Shown: positions 26,527 to 40,165 of the stretch, in pieces
Layout: every line of letters starts with the position of its first letter
How positions within the stretch are numbered: position 1 is the first letter of the stretch
NCBI RefSeq assembly: GCF_001194135.2
Contig: NC_068983.1
Coordinates: 112,205,689 to 112,266,138 of the forward strand
Direction of reading: 5' to 3'
DNA length: 60,450 nucleotides
From: Octopus bimaculoides
Lineage: Eukaryota
The notes under the pieces: generated by a model
Seen by the model: the letters and a program-made list of their open reading frames with translations, nothing else
Database searches by the model: none
Told to the model about the DNA's origin: nothing
Made by a program: the position numbers and the translations under genes

Positions 26527-28565
26527 ATCTTTTAATAATCGCAATGAATTTGCCTTCAGAAGATGGAATATGTCACAAACATATTTTAACTAACCTAAAG
26601 TTCACCTATGCTTAAACATTGATTGGTGCTGATACTGTTGTAATATATATCATTATCATCATCATCATCATCATCAATATCACCTTTGTGTGTGTGGGGG
26701 GGGGGCATGCACGTGTGTGCGTGTGTGTGTGCATATGTATCTTTGTATGCATGTAAGTAGGTATGGATGCATGTATGCATGCATGCATGTATGTATACAC
26801 ACACTTCATATTTTAAAATAAGCTATGCATGTACACTCCAAGCCATGGGCTTACAACTTGTTAATAAGTGCACAAAGAAGAGCTAGAGGGGGTATAAGCA
26901 AAAGCATATAACATGCAATTCCCAGTGATACAAATAGCACAATAATTAGAGGAATTATATACTTGGAGATTATTTCATATATAGGCAGAATAGAGAATGG
27001 AAGTGATTGCAATTTCAGCTGAAAGATGATGAGTAGTAAATAATAGCTTTTCCACTAAACTAAGACCAAATTAATAAAGTAAGAGACATTAATAAATAAA
27101 TAAATATATTTAAAAACTATTCCATGTAAAAAGAATATATTCTTATGGCTGATATTTGTAAGTGAAATAAAAGCTTTATGTGTTTATTAAATTTTTTAGC
27201 AATCATCTGAAATATTATTATGTGTAACATATATGTGCATTGAAGGCATCAGAACCACAGTGAATATTCAAACCTTTCTAGTCACTGAACCGTTTGCAAT
27301 ATACATTATCAACTACAAACTGTCTCATAAATATTTTTAATTCTCTCACTTCATGAAAGAAGGTGGTTTATTTAGATTTTCTAATTCTACTCACATTCTT
27401 CATTTTATCGCTTCTCTCATGCCTTGCATTACAATGATATCATTTATTATTCTAGGGTCACCCTTCCACTTTCACAAATGGATGTTTCTTTTCTCCATTT
27501 ACAAAAAGAACTAATGCTTTTTCTAATCCATTGTTAAGATACCAAGCTTATGTATTTCTCTAATCACTGCACATAAATCTCTGAAGAGAAACATCAACAT
27601 ATTTAACTCTTATTGATACTACTTGCATGTCTATCTCTAGTTGGAAACTTACACTCTAACACCTCTAGCCACAAACTAAATTCTACTAAATCATTCTCCA
27701 TAATTATAGTAATACATTACTATGTCACATGAGTTATCTATCTATTGTCTGTCAGTATGCCTATCTGCCTCTGTCTGTCTTTATAGAAAGAAACAGTTGG
27801 ATATACAGTAGTTAGATATAGATACTGAATGTATACCTATTTCAATATGTCTGTCATTTTATTGATAAATAGTCAAGAAGTGAAGTATATACATAATTTC
27901 TTTCGATAAAATACTGCGGCTGTAAGATTTAAGTGAACAGCTATGTAGTGAGAAGTTCAAGCCATTGCAATATGCTTGGAGTAAATGCACATAACTCCTT
28001 TTTACATCTAAATCCACAATGACAATAAGTACCATTCTATGTATGTGAAAGGTTGGTGGTAAAAAAGATACATAGCTTTAAAAAAACATAAAATAAAAAG
28101 ACTAAACTTCAGCTCTGATAAAATATATCTAATATCAAAATTGTCTCAAAGAACAATAAAGGTGAAATTATAAATCTCTCCCAGTTGCTGAAATGATGTA
28201 TGTGGTTGCTTATCACATATAGATTCGAGAATCTTGAATTATATTCAAATATACTGATGTAGGTAAAAAAATTACTAGCATACATATTATATATGTAAAA
28301 TATTCAACGAAACTAATCTAAAAATGCATAGTTATAGTAATGTTCTTTTTTAAAAAGTATCAGATCAAGTTAAATTTATAGCTGAAGAGGTGGTATGTCA
28401 ATGACTAATTTCTTTCGGGGAAATAAAAATCCAATTAATACCTTGGAAATATTAAATGTTTGCTTGGGATAAAATCTGGGTAACTGTCTTCTAATATAGC
28501 CCTGGGATGACCAAAGCCTTGTGAGTGGATTTGGTAAATGGAAACTGAAAGAAGCCTGTCATATG

Positions 28566-28650
<85 letters not shown>

Positions 28651-28706
28651 CGTGTGTGTGTATGAAAATATATGTATATATATGTATGAATATATATGCA
28701 TATGTT

Positions 28707-28748
<42 letters not shown>

Positions 28749-29147
28749 CATATTTATCAGGTAAATGGCACCCATGAATCGAAGTCATGATCATTGTCAG
28801 TAACATGTAAAGGGCACCCATGAATTGCTGTAATCATTGCTGGTATCATGTAAAAGGTACTTGTGAATTGTAATTGTGGTCACTGCCACTGCTATGTAAA
28901 TGGCATCCGTAAATCAGAGATGTGGTCGTTAGCAGTGTCATGTAAATGGCATCTGTGCCGGTGGTGCATAAAAGCACAAAATAACACACACACACAAATT
29001 TGGCAATTAGGAAGAGCATCCAGCTGTAGAACCCATGCCAAAACAGACTGGAACTTAGTGCAGCTCTCCAGCTTATCAGCTCCAGTCAAACCATCTAACC
29101 CATACCAGCATGGAGAGTGGATGATAAATGTTGATGATGATGATGAT

Positions 29148-29182
<35 letters not shown>

Positions 29183-29329
29183 GAAGGTTTGAAAATGCAC
29201 TTATTTTAAAGATATTTATTTACTTAACCGGTTTCACTTTTTTAGAAAAAGATTATCAAAAGTCTTTGAGAATAATAAAAAATGTTAAAAAACAGTTTGA
29301 ATATTAAAATGCATATATACATTAGTTGA

Positions 29330-29575
29330 TGATAATAAGATGAAAATGTTTAAAACAGTGTAAGTATGAAAATACATATATGGAAAAATACATATACATA
29401 TTCTTTGATAATCGCAAAAATGAGGAGGAACTGACCTGACTTTTTTCTCTCTTGTGTGAAAAAAGCCAGGTCAGTTCCTCCTCATTTTTGCGATTATCAA
29501 AGAATATGTATATGTATTTTTCCATATATGTATTTTCATACTTACACTGTTTTAAACATTTTCATCTTATTATCA
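29330..29575. repeat. Near-perfect palindrome with 117-bp arms
   Basis: Arms 29330-29446 and 29459-29575, one mismatch seen, 12-nt loop. Confidence 0.92.
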
Positions 29576-29962
29576 GAGAATGTGTGATAATCAGTATGTA
29601 ACACTACAAAGTTCATACAAAGCTTTATACTTTAAATATATTCCTCTTATTATCATCAAAGAATGNNNNNNNNNNNNNNNNNNNNNNNNNNNNNNNNNNN
29701 NNNNNNNNNNNNNNNNNNNNNNNNNNNNNNNNNNNNNNNNNNNNNNNNNNNNNNNNNNNNNNNNNNNNNNNNNNNNNNNNNNNNNNNNNNNNNNNNNNNN
29801 NNNNNNNNNNNNNNNNNNNNNNNNNNNNNNNNNNNNNNNNNNNNNNNNNNNNNNNNNNNNNNNNNNNNNNNNNNNNNNNNNNNNNNNNNNNNNNNNNNNN
29901 NNNNNNNNNNNNNNNNNNNNNNNNNNNNNNNNNNNNNNNNNNNNNNNNNNNNNNNNNNNNNN

Positions 29963-30000
<38 letters not shown>

Positions 30001-30003
30001 GAA

Positions 30004-30300
30004 GATAGATTTCATATTAGACTTTTATCAGATACAACATATGTTTTGACCTATCAGTCAGGGTCTTTTCAGGTACATTGACAAAGAAGTCTTGCTAGAA
30101 ATTCTTTTTGTGTCGGCTAGCTTGTTGTTATATGCTGGTTTGTTGTTATATCCAGTTCAAACTGGATGGGCATATAACAACAAGCCAGCTGACACAAAAC
30201 ATCTAAAGTGAGACCTTCTTTATCAATGTATCTGGAGAGACATAGACTGATGGGTTGAAACATATGTTGTACCTAATAAAAGTCTAATATGAAATCCATC
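30004..30300. mobile_element. Fold-back element with two degenerate minimal hammerhead motifs (Penelope-like)
   Basis: Inverted arms ~30004-30135 and 30170-30300. Hammerhead-like cores at 30032-30077 (-) and 30227-30272 (+), the latter followed by AATAAA. Confidence 0.7.
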
Positions 30301-30506
30301 TCCTACTATTAATTAATACTATTACCCTAACTGCCACTGCGAAGTTCCTGAAGCAAATCCAACAGAAGTGTACCACAACTACAGATGACATCAGGTAGCC
30401 TAAACTGTGCCAGTGCTCTACTGAAAAATTAAACACACTAGTATAATTATATGTATGTCTAAATTTTCTATTATTATTATTATTGTGTGTATGTGTGTGT
30501 GTGTGT

Positions 30507-30544
<38 letters not shown>

Positions 30545-32117
30545 TTATGCATGCCTGTATGCATGTATGTATGTGTCTTTATGTTTACATTTGTCCCCAA
30601 CCCTGCTTGACAGCTACTATTGGTGTACCTACAAACCTACAACTTAGCAATTTGGTAAAAAGAGACCACCAGACATTAAAAGAGGAAAAAAAATGTACTG
30701 GGGATTCAATTCGTTCAACTAAAACCTTCAAGGTGATGCCCCAGCATGACCACAGTCTAATGACTGAATCAAATAACAAGGTAAAGAACATAAAAATAAA
30801 GGATATATGCTATATAGAACTTTAGATCATAAAAATGTTTAAAAGTTTCCTAATATATTTGATAAAATATTTTACCGTAGGATCGACTATCTATTAAACC
30901 ATTTACTTTTTATTTTCAGTTAGATTCACTAAGATGAATAGAATATCTCTTATGTTGAGACATGATGCAATGCTGGTTACTGATTCAAGAATCATATCAT
31001 TTTTCCTCAGGACTCTAAGCAAAATTAATTCTGTAGACATCCTTCTTATGTGATAAGATTTAATCTCATTTCTGAAAAATCACCAAACCAGTTGACAGAT
31101 TCAGGTAATTCAAAACTTCGCCTAATCTTGTTTCTTTTTTTTTTTTCTCTCACCTGCATTCTTATTAGATATGAGAGCCTCCTATAACTAAAGGGATAAG
31201 ATGATGGTCAACATCATAAAAAAAATAAAATGATTTATATTACATCATTGTGTGCAAAGCAATCACTCTTTATCACCTATTCATCAATGTCGTCATAAAA
31301 CACATGCAAGAATACAATTCACTACTAGAAGTAGTAAGGGCATAGACAACAGAATACAGAAGTTCAACTTGGACATAGACTGCATCAGCTCCAACATCTG
31401 AAAAAGCCTACAAAGAATAAGAACGCAGCCTCTCTTCCTCAGTCAGTTCAAATCTGAAAAGTAATGATATAATCATGTTATGAATGCATGAATTTCCTAT
31501 TGACAAGCAACAACTTTTATCCACTTAGCTGGTCTAATTTCTCACACTTCTGTGGACAATGAATAGATAAATAATTCAATTTACAAGCTGCTAGGCACAC
31601 GTTTCTTAATGAAAGTATAATTAACTTCTTACACCACCAACTAGATCATAGCTAATTAGAATTTTAGTTCATTATTTAATTAAAGAATAATTGAAACACC
31701 ATGTGAAATCAATATCAACATTGTTTAACTTTATAAATATAACAGGAAAGATGTTCTTAAATTTTAATTATGAAATATATTTATGTACATTTTTTGGCAA
31801 CTACATTTCTTATTCAGTTTAAGCAGTGTGAAGAAAAGACAATTCCATTTATGTAAATTCATCATCATCATCGTCATCATCATCATTTAGCATCCATTTA
31901 CCATGCTGGCATGGGTTGAATAGTTTGACAAAATCTGGTGGGCCCGAGGGCTGCATCATGCTCCAGTGTCTGCTCTGGCATAGTTCCTATGACTGGATGC
32001 CCTTCCTCATGCCAATCATTTTGCAGCATATACTGGGTGCTTTTTTTCCCTATCACTGGAAATAGTGGGGTCACCATAATAGAATAGGTGCTTTATTTGC
32101 ATATTCAAAACATTTCC

Positions 32118-32233
<116 letters not shown>

Positions 32234-32901
32234 TTTGTGTGTGTGTGTGAGTTTGTCACACCACCACCACCACTTGGCAACTGGTGTTGGTGTGTTTGTG
32301 ATCTTGTTACTTAGCAGTGCCTCAGTATGTCTGCAGTCTGCTGACTGAAACAAGTAAAAGATTAAAGACAATATTCAAGCTCTGTACACATCCCACTAAA
32401 CTGAATGAATGCACTTTCACTTTGCCTTTTAGCATTCAAATTATTCTGTCAAATGTAATGCTTTTCATTTACATTGTTTTGAATTAATCATACATTATCT
32501 TTTAGCTTTAAGATGTCAATGATTGTAAATTTTCAGAAAGATATTGTAGGGTAGGTATGAGAGACCAGATCTGGTCAGTTTGAACATAAAACTTTACAAT
32601 ATTTGCACCTGATATGGTTAGTTTAAACACTAAAGTGACAAACTTCTCTAGATTGTTGTGTCTATGGAGAGTCATTATGCCAATAACCTTAACTGGTCCA
32701 ATTCCACACTTTTATTATTAGTCAATTGGTTAAATACTCAACTAACTAATTGATTGTTTGCTTAATTTGATTAAGCAATAGGTCATTTGTGTTGTTTTTG
32801 TTTGTCAAAGCTCTTATGTTGTTGCTTGCAATCTTCTACTGTATTCTCAGAAGCAGAAACTAACTGCTGATTCTGTGCATGACACAAATAACACATGTTA
32901 T

Positions 32902-33288
32902 TTTGTTGTTGGCACTCCATCGCTTACGATGTCAAGGGTTCCAGTTGATCCGATCAACAGAACAGTCTGCTCATGAAATTAACGAGCAAGTGGCTGAGCA
33001 CTCCACAGACACGTGTACCCTTAACATAGTTCTCAGGGATATTCAGCGTGACACAGTGTGACAAGGTTGACCCTTTGAATTACAGGCACAACAGAAACAG
33101 GAAGTAAGAGTGAGAGAAGGTTATGGTGAAAGAGTACAGCTGGGTTCACCACCATCCCCTGCCGGAGCCTCGTGGAGCTTTAGGTGTTTTCGCTCAATAA
33201 ACACTCACAACACCCGGTCTGGGAATCGAAACCACGATCCTATGACCGCGAGTCCGCTGCCCTAACCACTGGGCCATTGCACCTCCAC
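32902..33288 (-). mobile_element. Full-length tRNA-derived SINE (family A)
   Basis: Close copy of 24083-24466. 12-bp TSD aacaca(t/c)gttat at 32890-32901 and 33289-33300. Confidence 0.9.
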
Positions 33289-34480
33289 AACACACGTTAT
33301 ACACTGTTAGGAAAAATGTTAGCTAAGGGAAATAACTGAAGTAGACCAATTGCATGAATTTAAATCATCAAGTAAATGGTGATATGATGGAAGACACAGA
33401 AAAGCAGTTTTAAACACTTAGTATGTATTCTTCCCCCTGAAAACTAAATCATTGTATAGCTTCCTTTATGTATCCACATATTTTTCTTTCAAGACTACAT
33501 CTGCTAAAATTCAAACTAAATTCATATGAACTTAACTATATTAACATCAATGAAGAAAACCAGCAAAAGTCTGTGTCATCAAAAATCCCTTAATACAGTT
33601 CACAAAACGTTTTTAGAGGTGTGGTGAATATTGATATTTTCAGTCAAGACTCTTTGACAGAGAGGAAATTAACTGAGAAATATCCAACCAATGAGAAGTC
33701 AGTTAGATGGTGATAAATATAACTATCCAAAATACTACTCATTCCTTTTCTGATGAAAAGATCCATTCAAAACTAATAAAATGTTGTTATGTTCCATATA
33801 TTGTGTACTTGGAATTGTGAAAATGTTATTACAGTGAAATCTAGAGAAATGAAAAGATCTAAAACTCTTTTAGAAATAAATTTAATGATAGATAAGTCCA
33901 GAAAAGAAAAAGCGAAAACAACATACAAATCATAAAGGTAAACACTTTTTTCAATATATGCAAACTGCCCGACAATAAGTTATGTTTCTATAACATGCAA
34001 ATTATGATTTATTAGAAAAAGAGTGAGAGGGAGAGATAGAGAGAGAGGCAGATCTATTAGAGAAGGAAATGGAAGTTATATTGCATGGAAGAGGTGAAGG
34101 AAGACACATGCACACACACATGCATATACGTGTGTGCATGAACGCAGGATGTGAGTATGTATTGCTGCACATATGTATATATGGATATATATATATGTGT
34201 GTGTGTGTGTGTCTGTACACGCACATGTGTATATTACAGAAAATAGAAAATAAAGTAAATCTCAAGCACAGAATAAATTAGAAGATCAGGTAAATAACCT
34301 TAGAAGTACCAAAAAGAAGTGGGCATACACACACAGAGATGCATATACACATATATATATGTGCATTTATAAATGTATAAGATTTATTTTGATTTTGATT
34401 TTAATAAGCTTTTGTTGATACCATTACTTAGCTTTCAGTAATATGCAGAAATATAGGTGTAACATATATGAAATTCATAC

Positions 34481-34572
34481 CTTCAGTTCGACTTCTCCTC
34501 TATATTTAAATTTATAGCCCCCAAGTTCATCAAGCTTGGCTTTTGTACAACCACTCAAGTGTATCCGGAAAG
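34481..34572 (-). CDS. Guanylyl cyclase catalytic exon
   Basis: (P)FRIHLSGCTKAKLDELGGYKFKYRGEVELK. Acceptor ttacag|CT, donor AAG|gtatga; 92 nt, phase 1/0. The junction gives ESTGLPFRIH, like retinal-GC ESTGLPYRIH. Confidence 0.96.
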
Positions 34573-34868
34573 CTGTAAAAGAAATAAATCTATACAAATG
34601 GAAAAATAACTTGTGAAGCATACAACTAGAAATATTTCTAATAAAAAAATATTTATTTTCTTTGCAACAAGGTGCAGTAAACAACATTTTTTTTCTTGCT
34701 GGAATATGTGTACATGTATGTGTTTGTATGGTTTAGCTGGTTAATGCTTCTAAATCCTTATTCATCCTTCAAAAAGTAAGTTGATTTAGTAGAGATATTT
34801 TACATTAATGTAAGTATTTCTTTATCTTGCTTTAGAAAACAAGATAAATAATATTTGCACTCCACAGA

Positions 34869-34936
<68 letters not shown>

Positions 34937-35499
34937 ATGTGTACATGTGAATATATGTAAACACACACACACATGGCTATAAAAGAGATTAGTGAACCTC
35001 TGAAAAAAATATTCCAGTTTTTGTATATTTAAAACCTCAAGTATTCAAATTTAAAGAATATTTTTACAAGTATGCAGATATTTGTTTTATTTTTCACTTT
35101 GAAAGGAGGTTGCTTGGTCTTATTTTTTACCAGTGAATTAAAGCCAAATTTAATCTAGTATCTTCGTTCACCATATCAGCCATCTGTTTTGTTTCACACA
35201 CTATGAAAGCCACTAGTTCTTCATCTTACTTGCCTCACTTCCATGAAGAGAGATGAAGTTTGGAAACTTGTCAAGTTACTACACTACCACAAATAAGAAA
35301 TCTTGATAGAAGTCTTTCCATTATTCTCATATAATATACTTCTAAGTGAACTTATAGCAGAATTTTCAATCTATATTGAGTTACTTCAAACCATTGATTA
35401 GTATAGAATTGTGGCGTTTCAACAAAAGCACAACCTCTCTGACCTTTACAATTACCACACTGATACCTTCATATAAAACATCTTAAAGGTGATTAAAAC

Positions 35500-36560
35500 C
35501 AATTATAAACAAACAGTCTCCTTTATCCCCTAGGGCCTCATTTTCTTCTCTGCAATTGCTAGTTGGTTTATGTAAAGCCAGATGAACTCAAAGCATTCTC
35601 TCTTATTCTACACAACAGTACTCTCCTGAGATTTAAAAAAAAAAATCAATGCTCTTGCTCTTGATATCAGCAGAAAGTTTGACTATATTTGGTGTGAGAT
35701 GCTTTCCCTATTTCTTATAAAATAGATTTTAATTTTTTGTAACATATCACTCTTTTTTATCTATGGCAACAAAGCTCTGTGTCTTACTTCACACACTATC
35801 AATATTGGTGTACTACTACAGGGTAGCAAGCTGGCAGAAATATTAGCGTGCTGGACAAAATGCTTAGCAGCATTTAGTATGTTATGAATTCAAATTCCTC
35901 CACAGTCAATTTTGCCTTTCATCCTTTCATGGTCAATAAAATAAGCATTAGTTTTGCACTGGGCTCAATGTAATCGACTAGTTCCTACACACCTCAAAAA
36001 TATTTCAGGCTTTGTTTGATAAGAAGAGACAAATATTGATGCATTACAATATTCAATTATTTTCCTTACTCCCTTCCGTTGATACATTTATGTCACTACC
36101 CTTTAATCCTTCTTGACAGCCTACAAACAACTCAAGCATCTCTAATCAGAATTACTCTCCTTTCCTGAATGAAGACCACAAAAAATATTCAATACATTTA
36201 TAAGATGTAGACCTTTTCAACAGTACCAAGTCAAAGTTGTTACTAATCTAAAGGAAACAATTTTGCAATATTGCAGTCTCCTTATACTACACTCTTCTCC
36301 CACTACAATCTTCTTTTCTTACACTGCACTCCGTTACTCATGAACCACACACATATATGGGACCCTCACATTTATAATATTAACAGCATTACATTCCAAA
36401 AACTAGACTTTATCTTCATGACTAGGAAATACTTTCACTCTCTAATCAGATTTAAATAAATCCTATGAAGTTCAACCCCATATCTGGAAGAGTACAGCTC
36501 TTTCACACAAAAATTTCTAAACAATATTCCCTTAAATCAAGCAGAAGCTGACTTTGTTTT
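35500..36560 (+). mobile_element. Ancient CR1/Jockey-group LINE remnant, split by SINE C
   Basis: ALALDISRKFDYIW (ALDISKAFDRVW-like) and KLDFIFMTRKYF. Confidence 0.5.
35822..36012 (+). mobile_element. SINE family C copy (plus strand), nested in a CR1-like remnant
   Basis: agctggcagaaatattagcgtgctggac..tttgcctttcatcctttc. Other plus-strand copies at ~46000-46210, 59185-59335 and 59452-59665. Confidence 0.8.
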
Positions 36561-37271
36561 CATCCCAGAGTAGGTCATTAATCATACACGTACCTTCATT
36601 GATTGCTCAAATTGAAAGTCTCTTTTTAAAGTCGGTGTTGCATTATCTATATGTTGAAAGACATACCGAAACACTCACACTCACAAACAATCAAGCAAAT
36701 AAAATTAACTATATCTGTTAGATATATATAGATATATATAGATTGATAGATATAGTCTTTCTTTGAAATTTGTGCTGTGCTGCATTGTGTTGAGAGAATA
36801 GCACCTAAAATTCCCATGTTTTTAATCAAAACTTGTTAGTTACTAAGGTGACAACACTACCTATTTATCTATCTTTCACACACACACACACACACACAAA
36901 CTCTCTCTCTGTATTTCTCTCTCAACAACTTTCCTCTTTCCCTACTCTCCTCTCTGTACACATGTTACCAACAGAGACAGAAATCAGTTTCTTTTTCATA
37001 AAATGAGATTGATAAAAAATTCCAAGCCTTTATACCAGGATCACTGCAATGAACATGCTTCTTCTATTATAGTTGTCCTGGTGTTTAAGAAATTATTTTC
37101 ATCATTATAATTAACATCACAGTAATTAACATTATAATTAACATAATAACAACGAGGGTTTCCAAGATTGATGTAAGGTCACAAATTTTAGGAGTAAGTA
37201 AAGTTTTTTTTTTGTTCAGCATAATCTTTCTAATGTCCACTTTTCTTTGCTCATTTAATGTTCCACCAATT

Positions 37272-38878
37272 GTAGAGATGCCGTTAGTAGGGTTAGGATA
37301 GGCAATGAATATAGGGAAGCATTCTGGGTAGAAGTAGGGGTCCACCAAGGATTAGCCCTCAGCCTCCTCTTATTCATCATAGTCCTCCAGGCAATAACAG
37401 AGGAATTCAAGACAAGTTGTCCCTATCAGCTCCTCTATGCTGATGATCTGGCCCTCATAGCAGAATCACTACCAGAACTAGAGAAGAAATTTCAAATGTG
37501 GAAGCAAGGTTTAAAATCGAAGGGCCTTAGAGTTAATGTTGCAAAGACCAAAGTTCAACTAAGTAGGAAGGCAAACACATCACACACCCCTTCAGGTAGG
37601 TGGCCCTGCTCGATCTGTAGAAAAGGTGTAGGTAGAAACTCCATAAGATGTACCCAGTGTAAGCTATGGACACATAAGAGGTGCAGAAACATCAAAGGAA
37701 GATTAACTGGGAAGATAGCTTTTGTGTGCAGCAGATGCACAGGGGCAATAAACACCACAGTTACTCAGAAAAAAGATTCCATCACATGCCAGGGGGAGAA
37801 ACTAGAAGTAGTTGATAGCTTCCACTACCTTGGTGACCAAGTCTGTAGTGGGGTGGATGCTCAGAGAGTATTACCACTAGAATAAGAACAGCCTGGGAAA
37901 AGTTCGGAAAGTTCACCCCTATTGGTGACAAAGGGTCTCTTGCTCAGAGTGAAAGGTAGATTGTATGATGTATGTGTGCGAACTGCTTCATGGCAATGAA
38001 ACATGGGCCATGACTACTGAAGACATGTGTAGGCTTGAAAGAAATGAAGCTAGCATGATCTGCTGGATGTACAATGTCAGTGTGCACACACAAGAGAGTG
38101 TAAGCACCCTGAGAGAAATGTTTAGACATGAGAAGTATTGGATGTAGCATGCAAGAGAGACGTTTGCATTGGTAAGGTCATGTACTGTGAATGGACGTGG
38201 AGAGCTGTGTGAAGAAGTGCCACTCCCAAACAGTGGAAGGAATCCAGGGTAGAGGAGACCCAGGAAGACATGGGATGAGGTGGTGAAGCATGACCTTCAA
38301 ACATTGGGTCTCACAGAAGCAATGACAAAAGACTGAGACCTCTGGAGCTATGCTGTGACTGAGAAGACCCGACAAATAAAGTGAGTTCACAGCTGTAACC
38401 TACACCAGTGTCGCATTACCAGCCCACTCAAAAGTACCTTGGATCATAGGGTGACATGCCATGCATGAAGAAACCTATTGAGTCAAGTTTCATCAAGATC
38501 AAGATCAATATCAAAATTGAATCAAACTAAAATCAAATGGAGATTGTAGTTGTGACACCCATGTTGGTGACACATAAAAAGCACCGTCCAAATGTGGCTG
38601 ATGCCAGTACCGCCTTGACTGGCTTTCGTGCTGGTGGCATGTAAAAAGCGCCATCTGATCGTGGTGAATGCCAGCTCCTCTGACCCCTGTGCCAGTGGCA
38701 TGTAGAAAGCACTCACTACACTCTCAGATTGGTTGGCATTAGGAAAGGCATCCAGCTATAGAAACACTTCCAGATCAGATTGGGGCCTGCTGCAGCCTCC
38801 TGGCTTCCCAGACCCCAGTTGAACCGTCCAACACATGCCAGCATGGAAAATGGACGTTAAACGATAATGATGATGATT
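37272..38878 (+). mobile_element. 5'-truncated RTE-clade LINE (RT C-terminal half, Cys-rich finger, 3' UTR with (GAT)n tail)
   Basis: RDAVSRVRIGNEY..VGVHQG..LLYADDLALIAES..GLRVNVAKTKV, then CSIC..C..C..WTHKRC..C..C. Downstream GRPRKTWDEVVKHD-like region; frameshifted; ends gataatgatgatgat. Confidence 0.9.
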
Positions 38879-39151
38879 TTGACATATATAGACATAATAA
38901 TAAACATTAATTTAAACACACACACTCTCTCTTGAGCACACATGCTCACACACATGCACATACACATATACACACACTCATGTATATATATACATATATA
39001 CACACATACATACATTTGCCAAAAACGACTATATAAAGCCAATAAAAATCCAAGTATAGTACAATTTCATGAAGTCAAGCAAGCCAAAATTTAAAAGTTA
39101 CTGTCAAACTTGCCCTTGTAAAAGTTAAGAAATCCATCTGTACATCCATCC

Positions 39152-39193
<42 letters not shown>

Positions 39194-39244
39194 TGATTGA
39201 TTGATCAATCAGTCTAAACGTTTGAGGGTCTGTGAGAGTGAAGG

Positions 39245-39279
<35 letters not shown>

Positions 39280-39606
39280 TTGTATGTGCGTGTATCTGAA
39301 GCAACAAAGGTCCATTTATGTGGTCACTGAAACTGCTAGCAACAGCGGCCAACTCTCTTGCCAATCACACGTAGCCAATTTAACTAAAAAATTTCTTCAA
39401 ATAATTTCAAGGTATACAAGAGCAAAGGAAAGAAAAGAAACTGGTTGGAATTCCTTTGACCACATATCTGCTTTATTGGGGGTAACCTGGAGTGCTAACC
39501 AACATTCTAACATCTATAGTCTCAGATTATAGTGTTTGTAGAATTTTAATTCAGAAGCACATAAAAAGATAGTTATAGCTAAAAGTGAAAGATTATACAA
39601 ACGTAC

Positions 39607-39705
39607 GTAGTCCTGTGGATTCCATGCGTGAAGCTGTATTAACAGTGTCACCAAATAAACAGTACCTTGGCATTCTTAACCCTACCACACCGGCTGCACA
39701 TGGGC
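39607..39705 (-). CDS. Guanylyl cyclase catalytic exon (signature motif)
   Basis: (G)[32 protein letters not shown](P). GC-specifying Cys and catalytic Asn/Arg are intact. Acceptor ttacag|GC, donor C|gtacgt; 99 nt, phase 1/1. Missed by the ORF track. Confidence 0.97.
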
Positions 39706-39929
39706 CTGTAATAAGGAAGAAATATAAAACAAGAGTGTCATAGGTTTGAAAACATATAATGAAATGTAGCTTAGATCGAGCAAAGTATTTTATTTAACAT
39801 TATTATAGTATTTTTAATGAAATTTCTTAGTATCTGTATTGTGGGTCTTTTAAAATGTGTGAAACATTTTCTTGCTATTGAGGTTGCAATAGTTAATTTG
39901 TAGGGTGGATTATACGAACTAATGTTTCT

Positions 39930-40165
39930 TATTTCTTTACTGCCCACAAGGGGCTATACACAGAGGGGACAAACAGGACAAACAAACGGATTAAGTCGAT
40001 TATATCGACCCCAGTGCATAATTGGTACTTAAATTATCGACCCCGAAAGGATGAAAGGCAAAGTCGACCTCGGCGGAATTTGAACTCAGAACGTAGCGGC
40101 AGACAAAATACAGCTAAGCTTTTCGCACGGCGTGCTAACGTTTCTGCCAACTCGTCGCCAACTCA
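39930..40165 (-). mobile_element. Young full-length SINE (family C)
   Basis: ggcagaaacgttagcacgcc..gagttcaaattccgcc..gactttgcctttcatcctttcggggtcgataa. 25-bp TSD gtggattata(c/t)gaactaatgtttct at 39905-39929 and 40166-40190. Confidence 0.9.
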
